A stretch of DNA of 64,000 bases from the human T2T-CHM13v2.0 reference genome, Homo sapiens: the NCBI RefSeq assembly GCF_009914755.1, contig NC_060932.1; one strand, given 5' to 3'. Positions within the stretch are counted from its first letter, which is position 1. Every line of letters starts with the position of its first letter. The notes beneath the pieces were generated by a model, which did not search any database, was not told the origin of the DNA, and was given only the letters and a program-made list of their open reading frames with translations. The position numbers were made by a program, and so were the translations under genes. This document shows, piece by piece, positions 1-18,399 of the stretch.

Positions 1-814
1 TTTTATCCCAGTGTGGAGAAAACAAAGGGCTGTCAGTGGTTACTTCCACTTCCTCACCGAGGCCCTTCTCTAAATGTCTGTAATAAAATGGAGCTGGCTC
101 ATGTGACTTTAGTTGAGGTTCTTGGACACTCTTCTCAAGTTGTTGGTGCACAACACTCTTCTTCAATATTGTTTTAGTGCCAACATTGGCTATTTTGCCT
201 GTACTTTATTTTTAATTCATATATCACTTTTATCAAGAATCGGATAAGTAAAAGGTGCTTAAATAGAGATGTAGTAAACCTAGGAAAAACTGGGACAGCT
301 TTGTGATTACAGAATGATGGAAAAATCAAAGATGGGGGTGGAGTGGGAATTAGAGGAAGGATGTATCAGTAAGGAAGGAAAACAGGAAAAAGTTGTAACT
401 GATTCATCATGTGATGTGTGAGGGGAGGGGAGAAGGCTACTATGTATCTTTCATTGGCAGAGCCTGTTTTGTTTTAAAATCTGTTCTGCAGTGAATTTAA
501 TTTACAGATGTGACAAAGATGTCCTTTGTTTCTGTTGAAACATTTGGGATGTATTTGGAGCTAGTATCCTGAGAGGCAGAAATAAACAGATACAGATTAT
601 ATATACTCTTACAGTAGACTTTCAGTAAAGTAACCAGTTTGGGGTTAGAATTTGCTGGGAAGGTGCTTTTAATGTAACTTAAAACGAAACCTATTCATAG
701 GGTCTATTCTCTTCTCAGAAATTGTCCCCATCCCAATTCCTTTTCTTATTTACTAGGTCATTTCCCCTTGCCACATATGTATGCCCAGGGTATGTGTATG
801 GCTTTTTTTTTTTA

Positions 815-1965
815 GACTTTTTTTTTTCATAGCTAAATTAGGAAAGTACAGAGTTCCCCATATATCTGTGCTGCCACACATGTCCAGCACTCCCCATTGT
901 CAATATCCCCCACCAGAGTGGTACATATGTTACAATCGGTGAACCTATGTTAACACATCGTAGTAACCCAAAATCCATAGATTCCATTAGGGTTCACTCC
1001 TGGTGTTGTACATTCTGTGGGTTTGGACAAATGTATAATGACATGTGTCCATCATTATAGTGTCACAGAGTATTTTCACTGCCTTAAAAATCCTCTGCCT
1101 AGTCATCGTTTCACCCTGTGCCCCAGCCCCTGGCAGCTGCTGATCTTTTTACTGTTTTCCTAGTTTTGCCTTTTCTAGAATGTCATATAATTGGAATCTT
1201 GCAGTATGTAGCCTTTTCAGATTGGCTTCTTTCACATAGTGATATGCATTTAAGGTTTCTCCATGTCTTGTTATGGCTGGATAGCTTATTTCTTTTTAGC
1301 ACTGAAAAGTATTTCATTGTCTGGATGTACTACAGTGTATTAATCTATTCACCTATAGTAGGGCATCTTGGTTGTTTCCAAGTTTTGGCAATTATGAATA
1401 AAGTTGCTAGAGACATCCATTTACAGGTTTTTGTGTGCACGTAGTTTTTAGCTTCTTTGGGTAAATACCAAGGAGTGCAACTTCTGGATTGTATAGTAAG
1501 AATATGTTTAGTTTTGTAAGAAACTGCCAAACTGCCAGAGTGGCTGTACCATTTTGCATTCCTACCAACAGAGAATGAGAGTTCCTGCTATTCCCTATCC
1601 TCACCAGCATTTGGTGTTGTCAGTGTTCTGGATTCTGACCATTTCTGAAAAGTATGTAATGGTATCTCATTTTAATTTGCATTTCCTGGTGACATGATGT
1701 GGAATATGCTTCTTTGCATTTGCCATCTGTATGTCTTCTTTGGTGAGGTGTCTGTTAAGGTATTTGGTTCATGTTTTAATCAGATTGTTTTCTTGTTGTT
1801 TAAAGAGTTTTTTGTGTATTTTAGATAACAGTCCTTTATTGGCTGTATCTTCTGCAAATGTTTTCTTCCAGTCTGTGGTTTGTCTTCTCATTCTCTTCAT
1901 GTTCTTTCATGGATTATGCCTTTGGTGTAGCATTTGCAAAATCATTGCCATGCTTGTGGTCATCT
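815..1965 (-). mobile_element. L1M (L1MC1-like) 3' fragment
   Basis: Contains cagagtggtacatatgttacaat...gggttcactcctggtgttgtacattc. Minus-strand ORFs resemble the L1 ORF2 C-terminus (LFIIAKTWKQPRCP). Confidence 0.85.
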
Positions 1966-1986
1966 AATTTTTGTGTGTGTGTGTGG

Positions 1987-2300
1987 TTTATTTTTATTTT
2001 TATTTTTGTTTTTTAAGATAGGGTGCTCTGGCACCCGGCCTGGAGTACAGTGATGCGATCTTGGCTCACTGCAACCTTCACCTCCTGGGCTCAAGCTATT
2101 CTCCCGCCTCAGCCTCCCGAGTAGCTGAGATTACAGGTGCATACCATCATGCTTTGCTAATTTTTTATTTCTTTATTTTTTTGGTAGAGATGAGGTCTCG
2201 CATATTGCCCAGGCTGGTCTTGAACTCTTGGACTCAAGCAGTCCTCCCATCTCAGACACCCCAAGTGAGGGGATTAAAGGCCGAAGCATAGTGCCTGGCC
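1987..2300 (-). mobile_element. Alu (AluJ-like)
   Basis: Antisense Alu dimer with T-rich tail. Confidence 0.9.
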
Positions 2301-2344
2301 ATTTTCTAGATTTTCTGGTACATTATATTCTAGGAATTTTATAG

Positions 2345-2731
<387 letters not shown>

Positions 2732-3719
2732 TAGTGCCCTCCTTTAGGTGCCATTGTTTCTGAACACCCAGTACCCTGTTCCCCTGCTGAGGAAAACTTG
2801 TAGCTCTTCACAAGCCAAATTCCTTCCTTTTGGGACACGTTTGTTTTTATTTCCCTTTATGCCTTGGTGTGAATCACCAACTCACCCTCCCTGCTGTATT
2901 GGGTAAGAATGGGAAGTGATACTTATGAGTGTATCTACCTTCTAATCTGAGTAGGGTCCTCTAGTCAATATCAAACAATCTTTATGATGGGTTAAGGAAG
3001 TAGGGTTCAGAAATTCTGTTTATTTTTTAGAGGTAAAAGCAGAAGAATCTTTTGACTTTTTTTATATAAAAAAATTTTTTTTGACTGCCCTGAAACAAAG
3101 ACAGGCAATACCCAAGGACAGTAAGTAGCATATAATAGACAAAAAAAATGGATACAATGATGAAGGAAAAAATCCTTTTTAGGAAAAGCTTTAATGTTCA
3201 TCTATTTTAAGCAATATTTGGATCAGTAACATTTTAACATAACAAGAATTTGGGCAATTTTTTATCATAGCGTTTCACCCATATTGCTATTTTTTTACAG
3301 ACCCCAAACAAAAAAATTTTAAGTCTATGGATGCTTTTTTAAAAAAAGATGAACTTTCCCCCACCTTTTTAAAAAAACTGTATCCTTGATAGTGTCTTTT
3401 CTTGTGTCCTCCTTATTTCATAATTAGCCCTTGGTTGTCATCGTGATGGGGCCAACACTCAGAGCCTGCTGTGTACCAAGCTCTCAGTTAGATGTTTACA
3501 TGTGATGTTTTTCAAGAAAGGGAAGCCAGGCTCCTGACCAAGTGCTGTCCAGACTTTGACCCTTCCTGGTGGCAGAATCAGAAATCTGCTTTTCCTGTGC
3601 GTGACTTTCTTTCTGTAACGCAGTTGCCTGGTGGATCCCTGGTGCTCTCTTCTCTTCAACTCTGTATCTGCAAAGATGATTTAGAAAAGGATGCATGTAA
3701 CAACATAAGAAGTTGAGGG

Positions 3720-3922
3720 CTACGGTATGTGAGCTGGGCTCACATGAGAGTGCTTTCACCCACAGCCACGTGACCATGTGGAACTACTCTTCGTAGCTGA
3801 GGTTTCTTCTTCATCTGTAAAATGAGGATAATGATATTTACCTCAGAGGTTGCTATGAGGACTCATTGATGTGTTAGATGTGAGCGCTTAAAACAGCCCT
3901 GGCATTAGTGCTCAGTAAATAT
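3720..3922 (+). mobile_element. MIR
   Basis: MIR core tcatctgtaaaatgaggataatgatatttacctcagaggttgct...gtgctcagtaaat. Confidence 0.75.
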
Positions 3923-3925
3923 TTA

Positions 3926-4129
3926 TTTCTCAACCTTCAGCCCTGTTGACGTTTTGGGTCAAATCATTTTTTGTTGTCGGGCAGTCCTGTGCATATTGTA
4001 GATGCTTAACATCATCCCTGACGACCACCGCCCGCCACTCCCCCACCCCACAAGTTGTGACAACCAAAAATGTCTCCCGACATTGCCAAATATCCTCTAG
4101 GCAAAATTGGCCCCCGATGAGAACCACTG
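3926..4129 (+). mobile_element. MER20 (hAT-Charlie DNA transposon)
   Basis: ttgtgacaaccaaaaatgtctcccgacattgccaaatatcctctaggcaaaattggcccccgatgagaaccactg resembles the MER20 consensus. Confidence 0.85.
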
Positions 4130-4744
4130 TATAATCTTTACTAGCTGTTATATTACCCTTGCAGATTCACCGTTCCTCCTAAGATTTGGCTGGCCTTGAA
4201 AAGTGTTGCCGTCATCTGACCCATTTCTTTCTGTCTTGTTGGACTTGTCTGAGTTGATTCATGAGTTGAAGAGTAAGTCTAGTTCTTCCATTCTAACGAA
4301 CTTAAGCCTCTTTGGAAGAGCTGTCACCTACCCCTGGCAAGCCAGCTGCCCCTGAGCACCAGACTACAAAATTATCTTCTGACTGTCTAGCAGAGTGAAG
4401 GCAGATCCTTTTCCTGTTCCTCTTTTGAAAAGCTCTACATATATATGAATCTCCCAAAAAGTCCCAGTTTTAATCCCCATGAATGACATAGCTTTTTGTT
4501 CTATTCTTTCTTAGTTGTGGGTTTTTATGTCAATCCCCTTCTTACTCTGTTTTATTTAGCTGCCTGGCCAGAAGATGATTTTGCAGAATTTTAATTGCTT
4601 CAGTTTTATAGAATAAATATGTACTACATGTATAGTAATAGCAGGGTTGCTTTTTCATTTTACTTTTAATCACTTAAAAAAATTTATGAACTTTCTTCCC
4701 AAATTGGTTGCCAGAGGACTCTGTAAAGCATGTACATGTGGTGG

Positions 4745-5120
4745 AGGCAGGGTAGTATAATGGATAGAAGCCCTGAAGTCAGACCACCTGGGTTCAAATC
4801 CTGCTTCTGCCATCTGGGGCAGGGTCCTTCATCCTTTCATGCTTCAGTTTCTCCTCAATTTCTTCTAGTTAGGGCTATTGTGAGGAGCAACCAGATTGGC
4901 ACATGTAAAGCACAGTCTGGCTTATAATAAGCTTAGCCACTAAGTATTATTAGGTTGCCAGTTCAATTTAGCTTGAAGGAGAGGAAAATCTTACTTAAGG
5001 AGAGTTGATGTGGTACAGCAAACATGCACATAGAGATTTTGGAGTTGGACAAATTTGCGTTTGAATTCTAGCTCTATTGCCTGTTAGTTGCATATTAACT
5101 TGGGCAAGTGATTTAACCGC
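4745..5120 (+). mobile_element. two MIR fragments
   Basis: ctgggttcaaatcctgcttctgcca and ttgaattctagctctattgcc...cttgggcaagtgatttaacc. Confidence 0.7.
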
Positions 5121-5399
5121 TTTATGTTTTTCTTCAGAGCAACATCTTTATTCCCAATATATAATTTTGGCTTCTCTTTCCAGATACAATTGAGGCAAGT
5201 GGGTGGAATCTCTTTCAAACATCTGCTTCCATACCTGCCTGGCTTTATTTTTAGCTAAGCTGTACAGTCTGCGGCTGTGTCCCTTCTCTGTACCCTCTCA
5301 GTATACCATGTGTACACATAACATCATACTTAACAAATTTTTATGTTGCTTGTCAGTCTTCCCTGTTAGGTAAGTTCTGTGAGGGTAGGATTTTCTCTG

Positions 5400-5717
<318 letters not shown>

Positions 5718-5899
5718 TTCACTTTGTCTTTTTATTGCCTAGTGCATGATGAGCACTCAATAAGTGTTCATTGAATTAAGGAATAAAAATAAATTCAAAA
5801 CAAATTGTTATACTTTAGATCTGATTTATTGGTTACTTTTACAGTGCTAGGTCTTTTACGCTATCTCAAATCCTTAAAGCAACCATATGAAGTCAGTCT

Positions 5900-9436
<3,537 letters not shown>

Positions 9437-9875
9437 CTGCATCAGTTACATGACATGCTCAAAAGTAGTTGAAGGGAGTTTAACAAAGGGACTGTTAACT
9501 AAGATGTTGTGGGCAGGATTAGAGGAACCAGCATGGCATGTTGAAGCACCTCTTTACTAGCAAAGTCAGGAAGCTGTTATTATTCCCAGGCCCTTCAACT
9601 GTAGCTGTGGAAGAGGGGCTGCCTGCTAGGAACTGTGGGCTTAGGTAGATAAACCACTGATGTCAGAAAGGGACCAGGGGAACAAATACCTTAGCGCCTT
9701 GCTCCTCTTACCCTCTAATTTGTTAGTGACTCTCATGGCTGAACCCAGCCAGAGGACAAAAGCAAAGTGTGCTACTTTAGTGTGCAGTCCATAGAGCTCA
9801 GACTTCTGGACATGTGGCTGGGTGGAGAAAGAGTGGCGTTTGGGTCTGGAAGGGCAGATGGAGACTGTCAAGTGC
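9437..9875 (-). mobile_element. LTR33-like LTR (5' LTR of the ERVL-class element)
   Basis: The reverse complement begins tgcacttgacagtctccatctgcccttccagacccaaacgccactctttctccacc, like the LTR33 5' end. It is followed on the minus strand by a tggtacca internal start. Confidence 0.7.
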
Positions 9876-10501
9876 AATTGCCAAACTGGAACCTTTGGCT
9901 CAGGTTTGAGTGTGCTTCTTGAGTGTAGACTTCTACACTTAACTCCCAGCTGTACCTGTTCTCTTAGATGTCCCCGGGGTACCTTACAGGAGACAAGTTG
10001 TCCTGCCTACCATCTCTTTCCTTCTCCTTTATTCCTGATGCCATTTAATGTGCTATCTTACTGTCCCTTCCAAAAGGAGGACCTGAGGAATTCTGCTTCT
10101 GTGGGCTATAGCACAGCAAGGCACAAACAGATAAAGTACCAGCAGGACCTGCCACCCTGAGCCCCACGTTCTCAAGGGAGAGGTGTGGAAAGTGTAGCTC
10201 ATAACCTTCACCTTCTGAATGTCTCTGCTGTAGGAGGAGAAGCATGGGTTAATGTGGCTTCTGAGGTTCCAGGACAGGGCCAGTCTGCCTTAGAAGTACA
10301 ATAGGTTCCACCTGCTCTCATGCTTAGACAGTAGATTGCTGTGACAGGTGGGCCAGGCTCTGGTCAGGTGCTTCCCTGGTCTTACTGGGGCAAAGCAGCT
10401 ACTATTATGGGGCTTTAGAATGCTATAATTTACAGACAGATGTTGTACTCTTTGTTGAGGAGAGACCAATTACATGTCTGTATGTTCTAACAACTAATTC
10501 A

Positions 10502-10882
<381 letters not shown>

Positions 10883-11068
10883 TCAAAGGAAGCATTCTTA
10901 TAATCAGTTAAAACTCATTATACCTGAATATTCAATGCCTGCTGATATATATTTTAAATCATTACCTGAATATAATTTATTTATAGTGATCAGATCTGTT
11001 ACAGTGACTTCCTGAAACTAAACATCCAGGGCAATTATCCAAGCAAACTGACACTTTAAAAAGTATTA

Positions 11069-11210
<142 letters not shown>

Positions 11211-11220
11211 GTATTGTTTG

Positions 11221-11398
11221 AGCCAGGTGTGATGGTCTGTGCCTATAGTCGCAGCTACTTGGAAGGCTCAAGCAGGAACATTTTTTGGTGTGCTCTTGAG
11301 CCTAGGAGTTTGAGGCTGCAGTGCAGCATGATTGCACCTGTGAATAGCCACTGCATTCTAGCCTGGGCAACATAGCAACACCCTGTCTCTAAAAGAAA
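11221..11398 (+). mobile_element. FAM-type Alu monomer
   Basis: Contains the 7SL-like gtgaatagccactgca; followed by aaggtattattt. Confidence 0.75.
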
Positions 11399-11589
11399 GG
11401 TATTATTTGGTGTCATGTGGTGTCAGAGTATGGGCTGCTGTGTGTAGCAAAGGTGACATCAGTGTGACATCTCTAGCCCTTTGTTCATGGGGTGGGATGA
11501 TATTAACATACTACATTTATTTTGTAGGAAGATCTACTGTAGTGTCTCTGACCAGAGGTTCAGTACAAAAGAATCATCCACAGTTATAA

Positions 11590-11745
11590 TGCAGCATAGT
11601 ACAGTGGTTAAGAGTTGGAACTCTGGAGTCAGATGGCCTGGGTTCAAATCCGGGATGTACGAATTATTTCACCTCTCTGTGTTTCAGTTGCCTCATTTGT
11701 AAAATGAGTAAATAGTTATGTACTATACAGGATTGTAATCTGAAT
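11590..11745 (+). mobile_element. MIR
   Basis: agtggttaagagttggaactctggagtcagatggcctgggttcaaatcc...cctcatttgtaaaatg. Confidence 0.8.
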
Positions 11746-12096
11746 TGTTCAGCACACTTGACCAGTTCATCCTGATACAAGAAGTCTGAAAACCACACTT
11801 TGGTTACCTCCAACTAGATCTTTTCTAGGTGAGAGTTAGTCCCTAGCCTACGTGAACTGAGGTGTGTAAGTTCCTAGAATTTCCTAATAGTAAGAAAGGT
11901 AGATGGGCTGCAGATATTTGTGGCTTGTAGTAGGAACATAACAAACTAAATCTCTAACCTGGGCTGAGACTGATGAGCAAAAGTAGGTTCCTATCAGAAT
12001 AAACGAAAATTAGTCCCATGCTTAAAGAATGACAGTCATAGTATTTTAAAGTTGTTTTGCTAATCACTTTTTTTTTTTTCTGTTGGTTAAGGTTGC

Positions 12097-12144
12097 ATGA
12101 TGGAATTTGAACATTACTTCAAGAGGTTTTGTATTTTGGATTAG
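12097..12144 (+). promoter_or_regulatory. upstream ORF 1 in the SGK3 5'UTR (MMEFEHYFKRFCILD*)
   Basis: ATG ATG GAA ... GAT TAG. The second ATG has A at -3 and G at +4. Confidence 0.6.
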
Positions 12145-12180
12145 TTAATTGGGTTTGTCCTCTGCTGACTGTTTCTTCGG

Positions 12181-12204
12181 ATGCATTTTTTGGTGTGCTC
12201 TTGA
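12181..12204 (+). promoter_or_regulatory. upstream ORF 2 in the SGK3 5'UTR (MHFLVCS*)
   Basis: ATG CAT TTT TTG GTG TGC TCT TGA; ends 8 nt before the main ATG; weak start context. Confidence 0.5.
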
Positions 12205-12212
12205 GGGATTAA

Positions 12213-12308
12213 ATGCAAAGAGATCACACCATGGACTACAAGGAAAGCTGCCCAAGTGTAAGCATTCCCAGCTCCGATGAACACAGAGAGAAAAAGAAGA
12301 GGTTTACT
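12213..12308 (+). CDS. SGK3: SGK3 coding exon 1 (aa 1-32, start of PX domain)
   Basis: ATG at 12213; [32 protein letters not shown]; donor ACT|gtaagt; 96 nt. Confidence 0.97.
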
Positions 12309-12889
12309 GTAAGTATTTAACATAAAGCATGTGGGAAAAAAGTTGAATGTAGAGAATATTTTCATTTCTGCTTTTCTTCTCCAACCTAGAACACCCCCTT
12401 CCCCATCTCCACATACCTAGATTTTACTTCTTTCACATGATCTGTTCTCCACAAAGTCTTCTGTGGCTACCGTAATGGAATAAATTTTCCTTTTTTAGTG
12501 TCTCTTTACTTATCTTCTTGGAGAATTGTATGAAACTATCTAATTAATCTTCTTAACAGAAAATGTGCATGTGCATACACATGGATCTATGCACACACTT
12601 ATAATTTTGTGTGCACTGTCAGGAATTAATGGACTCCTGAAGTCATCGATTCCATATTAAGAACTACTGTCCTGAAATGTTTATAGTATCTCTCAGTTTT
12701 AAAATATTTAATTCAGTATTTTATTTTTTTCACCTTAAAGGCTAAGCCATTTCTAATTTTATCGTTTATCACTGTAGTATCTACTATAGGGCTTTATAAA
12801 GAGTAAGCACAATGAATATTTGCTCAATCTGTGTATCAGTTTTTATTATTGGAGAATAGTCACTTTTCTAATTAGTGTGCTGAAACATA

Positions 12890-14160
12890 CAATATTGTAT
12901 TTAGTTTCAGTAGTCCTATTAGTATATACAGAGGTCTTGTGCCCTCCTCCCCCTGAAAAAAAAAAAGCCACTTATTGTGTCTATTACTGATCTGCTCTTC
13001 CTTGTAACTCCCCACCCCCCTCACCTACTGAGTAATATGAAGAAATTCATTTAGCCCAATTCTGTTTAATACTTAGTCTATCTAATAATTTAACCAGGTC
13101 TCAGGATAAAATGCTTAGCCTCTCTTACTTCTACTTTCTTTCTCTTACTTGAACACGCATCCTCCTCAGGTTGGCATCATGGTTTATGGGAGGAGAGGTG
13201 TCCCCTTTCACAGTATTGTTGAGTTGGTGAATGACCTCATGGTAGCCTGGTGAAGCCTCTTGAGTTCTTGTCGTCCCTCTAGATCTTTGCCATTTGAGCT
13301 ATAAAGTGGCTGGTCTGGCAAATAGCCTGCTATGACTGACCTGGTAACCTGGGCATTTTGCTGGCATCCATTGCTGACACCTGCAGTTGATGAACTAACC
13401 TGTGATCTCTTTGTTGGCTTGACCAGGGTCTTGCGGCAACTCACCACTGACTCAGTACCTTGGCCCTTGATAGCTGTAGAGCCCCCTGAGGCTCTGACAT
13501 GTCCTTCACCTGCTCCTGGCTCAGTGATCCACCCCAGCCTCTAAAAAGGGGGTTACCTGGTCACTGCCAGTTGAGTCCCATGACAGGTGACTTTCAATTC
13601 AGAATCCCTGTCACAGGGCAGTTGAGGAAATCTCTCTGCCTTCTTAACTAGGTGGGGCTGAGTGCCGGAAAATGATGGTTTTCTCTCAAGGTCCCAGACA
13701 AGAAGCAGGGAAAGCAGTCCCTCTGTCCTCTCTTCCTTAACAGACACACCTGCCACACTTGGTACCACATCCCAGAGCAGAGAAATTGCAATGTGCGTCT
13801 GACCATTGACCCCTTCTCAGCCTCTATATTGCAGGAATATCTTCAACAGTAGGCATTTGTTGCACATTTGTATAAGCAAATTTTTAGCAGTATCACATTG
13901 AAGGTAAACAAAGGTTGATATACCTTGAATAAAATGGTAGAGTGTGTGAAAGTTTTTCTTCCTTCCTTCCCTCTCCTTATTTTTGCCTTTGGGCCATTCT
14001 TTTCTCGAGGGGATACCTCCTGCCAAGTTTGATGGAAGTTCACACATAGCAAATGTCAGCAGCAGTTATCTCGTGTCCTTTGATTTTCCAGGCTGGAGGT
14101 TATTTCCATGTCTTCTGTGGGATGGTCGAGGAGACCTGTAGCATTTCTCTTACCCAGCTG
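12890..14160 (-). mobile_element. possible ancient Gypsy-type (MamGyp-like) LTR with adjacent internal remnant
   Basis: GC-richer block. The minus strand shows a TGTGGCAGG start at ~13757 and a 3' segment (gttaaattattagatagactaag...gcagatcagtaatagacacaataag) reminiscent of MamGypLTR ends. Recognised from memory only. Confidence 0.4.
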
Positions 14161-14199
14161 TTCTTAGGCTGTGCACTGAGTTCTCAAAGGCCCTATCTA

Positions 14200-15074
<875 letters not shown>

Positions 15075-16486
15075 TGATAATATTTTTATACTCTAGTTTT
15101 CATAGGTAGTTTATGTAGTTCTATACCATGAAGCTTCTAACAGGGAAATGTGTTGCATTCTAGGTGTCTTGACTTAAACCAAGTCTAAATTATATTTTTA
15201 TTTATCCACTTGACAAATTGTGAGTTTCTATGTTATGTTCTAGGCACTGCAGATACAGTGGAACAAGAGTGACGTTAACCCTAGCTCTCAAGGAACTTTC
15301 ATTATACAGGGACAAGACAGACAATAAGGAAATATGCAAATAAGATAATGTCATATTGTATTAAGTATTGTACTGTTTCCTGTGAAATCTAAGGATTTCA
15401 CAGGAAATCTAATCTTGTTTTTTTTTTTTTTACCAATGGAAATATTTTTAAGGATTTGAATAGTTTTTTGTTTTTGTCTACTGTTTTATTAGTACATATT
15501 TAATAAGCACTTGTTTATAAATCATGCTGTTAATTCATAATTTTACAAGGCTTTATTTGTCTTCTGTAAATATATTTGCTGCAGAGCTTCTCCAGCTTGT
15601 AACGTAGACTTGCTCCTGGTCTTGGCTGTATTTGGGTAGCCAGGGGAGGCCACCTGAACTTTCTAAGATCCATTCTTCTCACCGAGTCAGCACAGATAAT
15701 TCAAGAAACTCACAATCATATAAACCTAAGTGTTTTATTCTCTTACAGCAGTTCTGCTTCTAGGCTTGTCTGATCCCAGTGCCGTGTGAGATAATCTCTT
15801 GTCTAGTCTTATTCAGCGTCGCTGGCACCTTGGCTAGGTTTTTTGCCCTCTACTTCTGCATGCTGTCCATGTGGGAGGTATCAAATTAATTCTAACATCT
15901 TACACATAATAGCTTCCTCTGAGACAACCAGATTCCTTCTCGGTTAAGACCAAAAGGGCCAGATTACCATCCTGCAGCTCATGTAGGGTGTCTCATGTAT
16001 AGTGGGGGGTTGTAATATTTGTTCTGCTTACTTCATAGGGTTGTTGATTATGATTATATGAGGTTATGTATATTTGAAAATATTGAACATGGAAGATAAT
16101 ACTAGGAAATCTGAGGATAAATTCTTATTAATAGTTTGAAAACTACTATGTGAAAGATGACCTAGAAGGAAGAGAACTAACAATTGAAGGTTTTTTATGT
16201 AGCAAGTATCACTTTTGAAAATACTTTGTAAGTTCCAGGTAGTAATTACTGCTAGGGAAGAAGAGAGGAAAGTGGCAACAGTTGAATCTATCGTATTTTA
16301 TTCTTTGGCAAAAAAAATCTGAAGCAAGAATGGCAACATGTTAGAATTCAATAGATCCAAATAATGAGCACATGAGTGTTGACTATGTTATTCCCTGAAA
16401 ATTACAGAAATATTTTGTAACATTTGAAAAATAAAATATCACCTATTTTTTTCTGACCTCATTTTCTTCCCATCACAAGAAACCAC

Positions 16487-16782
16487 TTTTTTTTTTTTTC
16501 CAAGTCATGATCTCGCTTTGACACTCAGGCTGGAGTACAGTGGTGTGATCTCAGCTCACTACAGCGTCGACTTACCTGGGCTCAAGCAATCCTCTTACTT
16601 CAGCCTCCTGAGTAGCTGGGACTACAGGCGTGTACACCATGCCCAGCTAATTTTTAAATTTTTTGTAGAGACGGGGTCTCCCTATGTTGCCCAGGCTGGT
16701 CTCCAGCTCCTATGCTCAAGTAATCCTCCCACCTCAGCCCCAGAAAGTGCTGAGATTACAGGCATGACCCACTGAACCCAGC
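16487..16782 (-). mobile_element. Alu (AluJ-like)
   Basis: Antisense dimer. Confidence 0.9.
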
Positions 16783-16888
16783 CAAGAATACCATTTGACA
16801 AGATTCAATAAGTGCTTTAATTGGTATGTTTATGTATCTTAGAGAATCATATAAAAATGTTAATATCAGTTTCGGAATATGAAAACAT

Positions 16889-16932
16889 CAGCCTTGGTGA
16901 AAGAGCCAGACTGTCTCAAAAAAAAAAAAAAA
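16889..16932 (+). mobile_element. tiny 5'-truncated Alu 3' end
   Basis: cagccttggtgaaagagccagactgtctc followed by A15. Confidence 0.65.
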
Positions 16933-17017
16933 TTAAAACAGGTTTCATGTATTTAAGTAGCTAATGGGTTTTTTGCAATTAAATTGTGTTATATTATGTA
17001 ATTTTTTATTTCCACAG

Positions 17018-17101
17018 GTTTATAAAGTTCTGGTTTCAGTGGGAAGAAGTGAATGGTTTGTCTTCAGGAGATATGCAGAGTTTGATAAACTTTATAACAC
17101 T
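17018..17101 (+). CDS. SGK3: SGK3 coding exon 2 (aa 33-60, PX domain)
   Basis: tccacag|GTT; [28 protein letters not shown] with the PX RRYxEF motif; ACT|gtaagt; 84 nt. Confidence 0.97.
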
Positions 17102-17723
17102 GTAAGTAATCGTCTACAAGATTTCTAATTAAAAGAAAGCACCCGAGAAAACCCAAAATAAGAGAGATGTATTTGAATGATTAAATTGATACTCATATGT
17201 TAATATGTCAGACAGGCAGACAAAGGTAAGAGATTCTTCAAAAACATCCTAACTTTGGAATGCTTTCAAAGAAAGGGTAGAGAGAGGACTGCTGAACAAT
17301 TCCAAATAAACCATTAAAAATATGAGAACTAGATAAAATACCTTTTAATGTCATAGAAAATTATAAGTCAGTTCTTTCTACCTACCTCTCTGATAATTGT
17401 TAATCATCATGGTATTTCTGGTTAAATTGCCTACTGTAAGCTTTATGTTTGAAAGTCTGTCATGAACCTATCTCCCTTCCATACTTTGTTTCCATTCTTA
17501 GAGATATGTCTTAGGTTCCAGATTTTAAGTAGCTAACACAATTGAAATGAGTGTTGACTTTTAGAGTTCTGACAGCTACCTAGGTGGTAAGATCTAAGAG
17601 ACCATTAGCTATTTAAATTACTACAACCTGTTTTTATATTTTCATAACTCAGATATTAAATAGAATTCATAATCTACTGATGGCAGTACATACAGTACAT
17701 ACTTGCTAAAGTAGGCAGCAAAG

Positions 17724-17881
17724 AGCCAGGCACGATGGTTCACATCTGTAATTCCAGCACTTTGAGAGGCTGAGGCAGAAGGAACATTTGAGCCTAGGAG
17801 TTGAGAGGGTACCAGTGAGCATGATTGCCCCACTGCACTGCCATCTGGGCAATATAGCAAGACACCATCTAAAAAAATAAA
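17724..17881 (+). mobile_element. Alu monomer (FRAM/FAM-like)
   Basis: Single monomer; TSD aggcagcaa. Confidence 0.8.
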
Positions 17882-18044
17882 GGCAGCAAGACCACCACAG
17901 TCACTATAATACCATATCTTCCACAGGTAGCAGTGTTTGTGGATAGTGTTGCCTTGAAGATCATACGTAGAAGCTAAAGCATGCCTCTTGAGTTACTAAT
18001 AGCTATTATGGAACTCCAGGTCATTAAGACAGTCCTGGATTTAA

Positions 18045-18399
<355 letters not shown>

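Larger units (their letters stand above)
12092..12212 (+). other. SGK3: 5'UTR part of the first coding exon
   Basis: T-rich tract followed by ttaag|GTTGCATG (acceptor AG at 12090-12091). In-frame TAA at 12210-12212 directly precedes the ATG. Confidence 0.75.

Noticed and set aside
11221-11398. 7SL RNA gene or pseudogene
   Set aside because: It lacks the 7SL S-domain and is better explained as a FAM monomer.
12231-12248. MDYKE resembles the FLAG tag (possible vector contamination)
   Set aside because: It is the native SGK3 N-terminus within a genomic exon, and no DDDDK follows.
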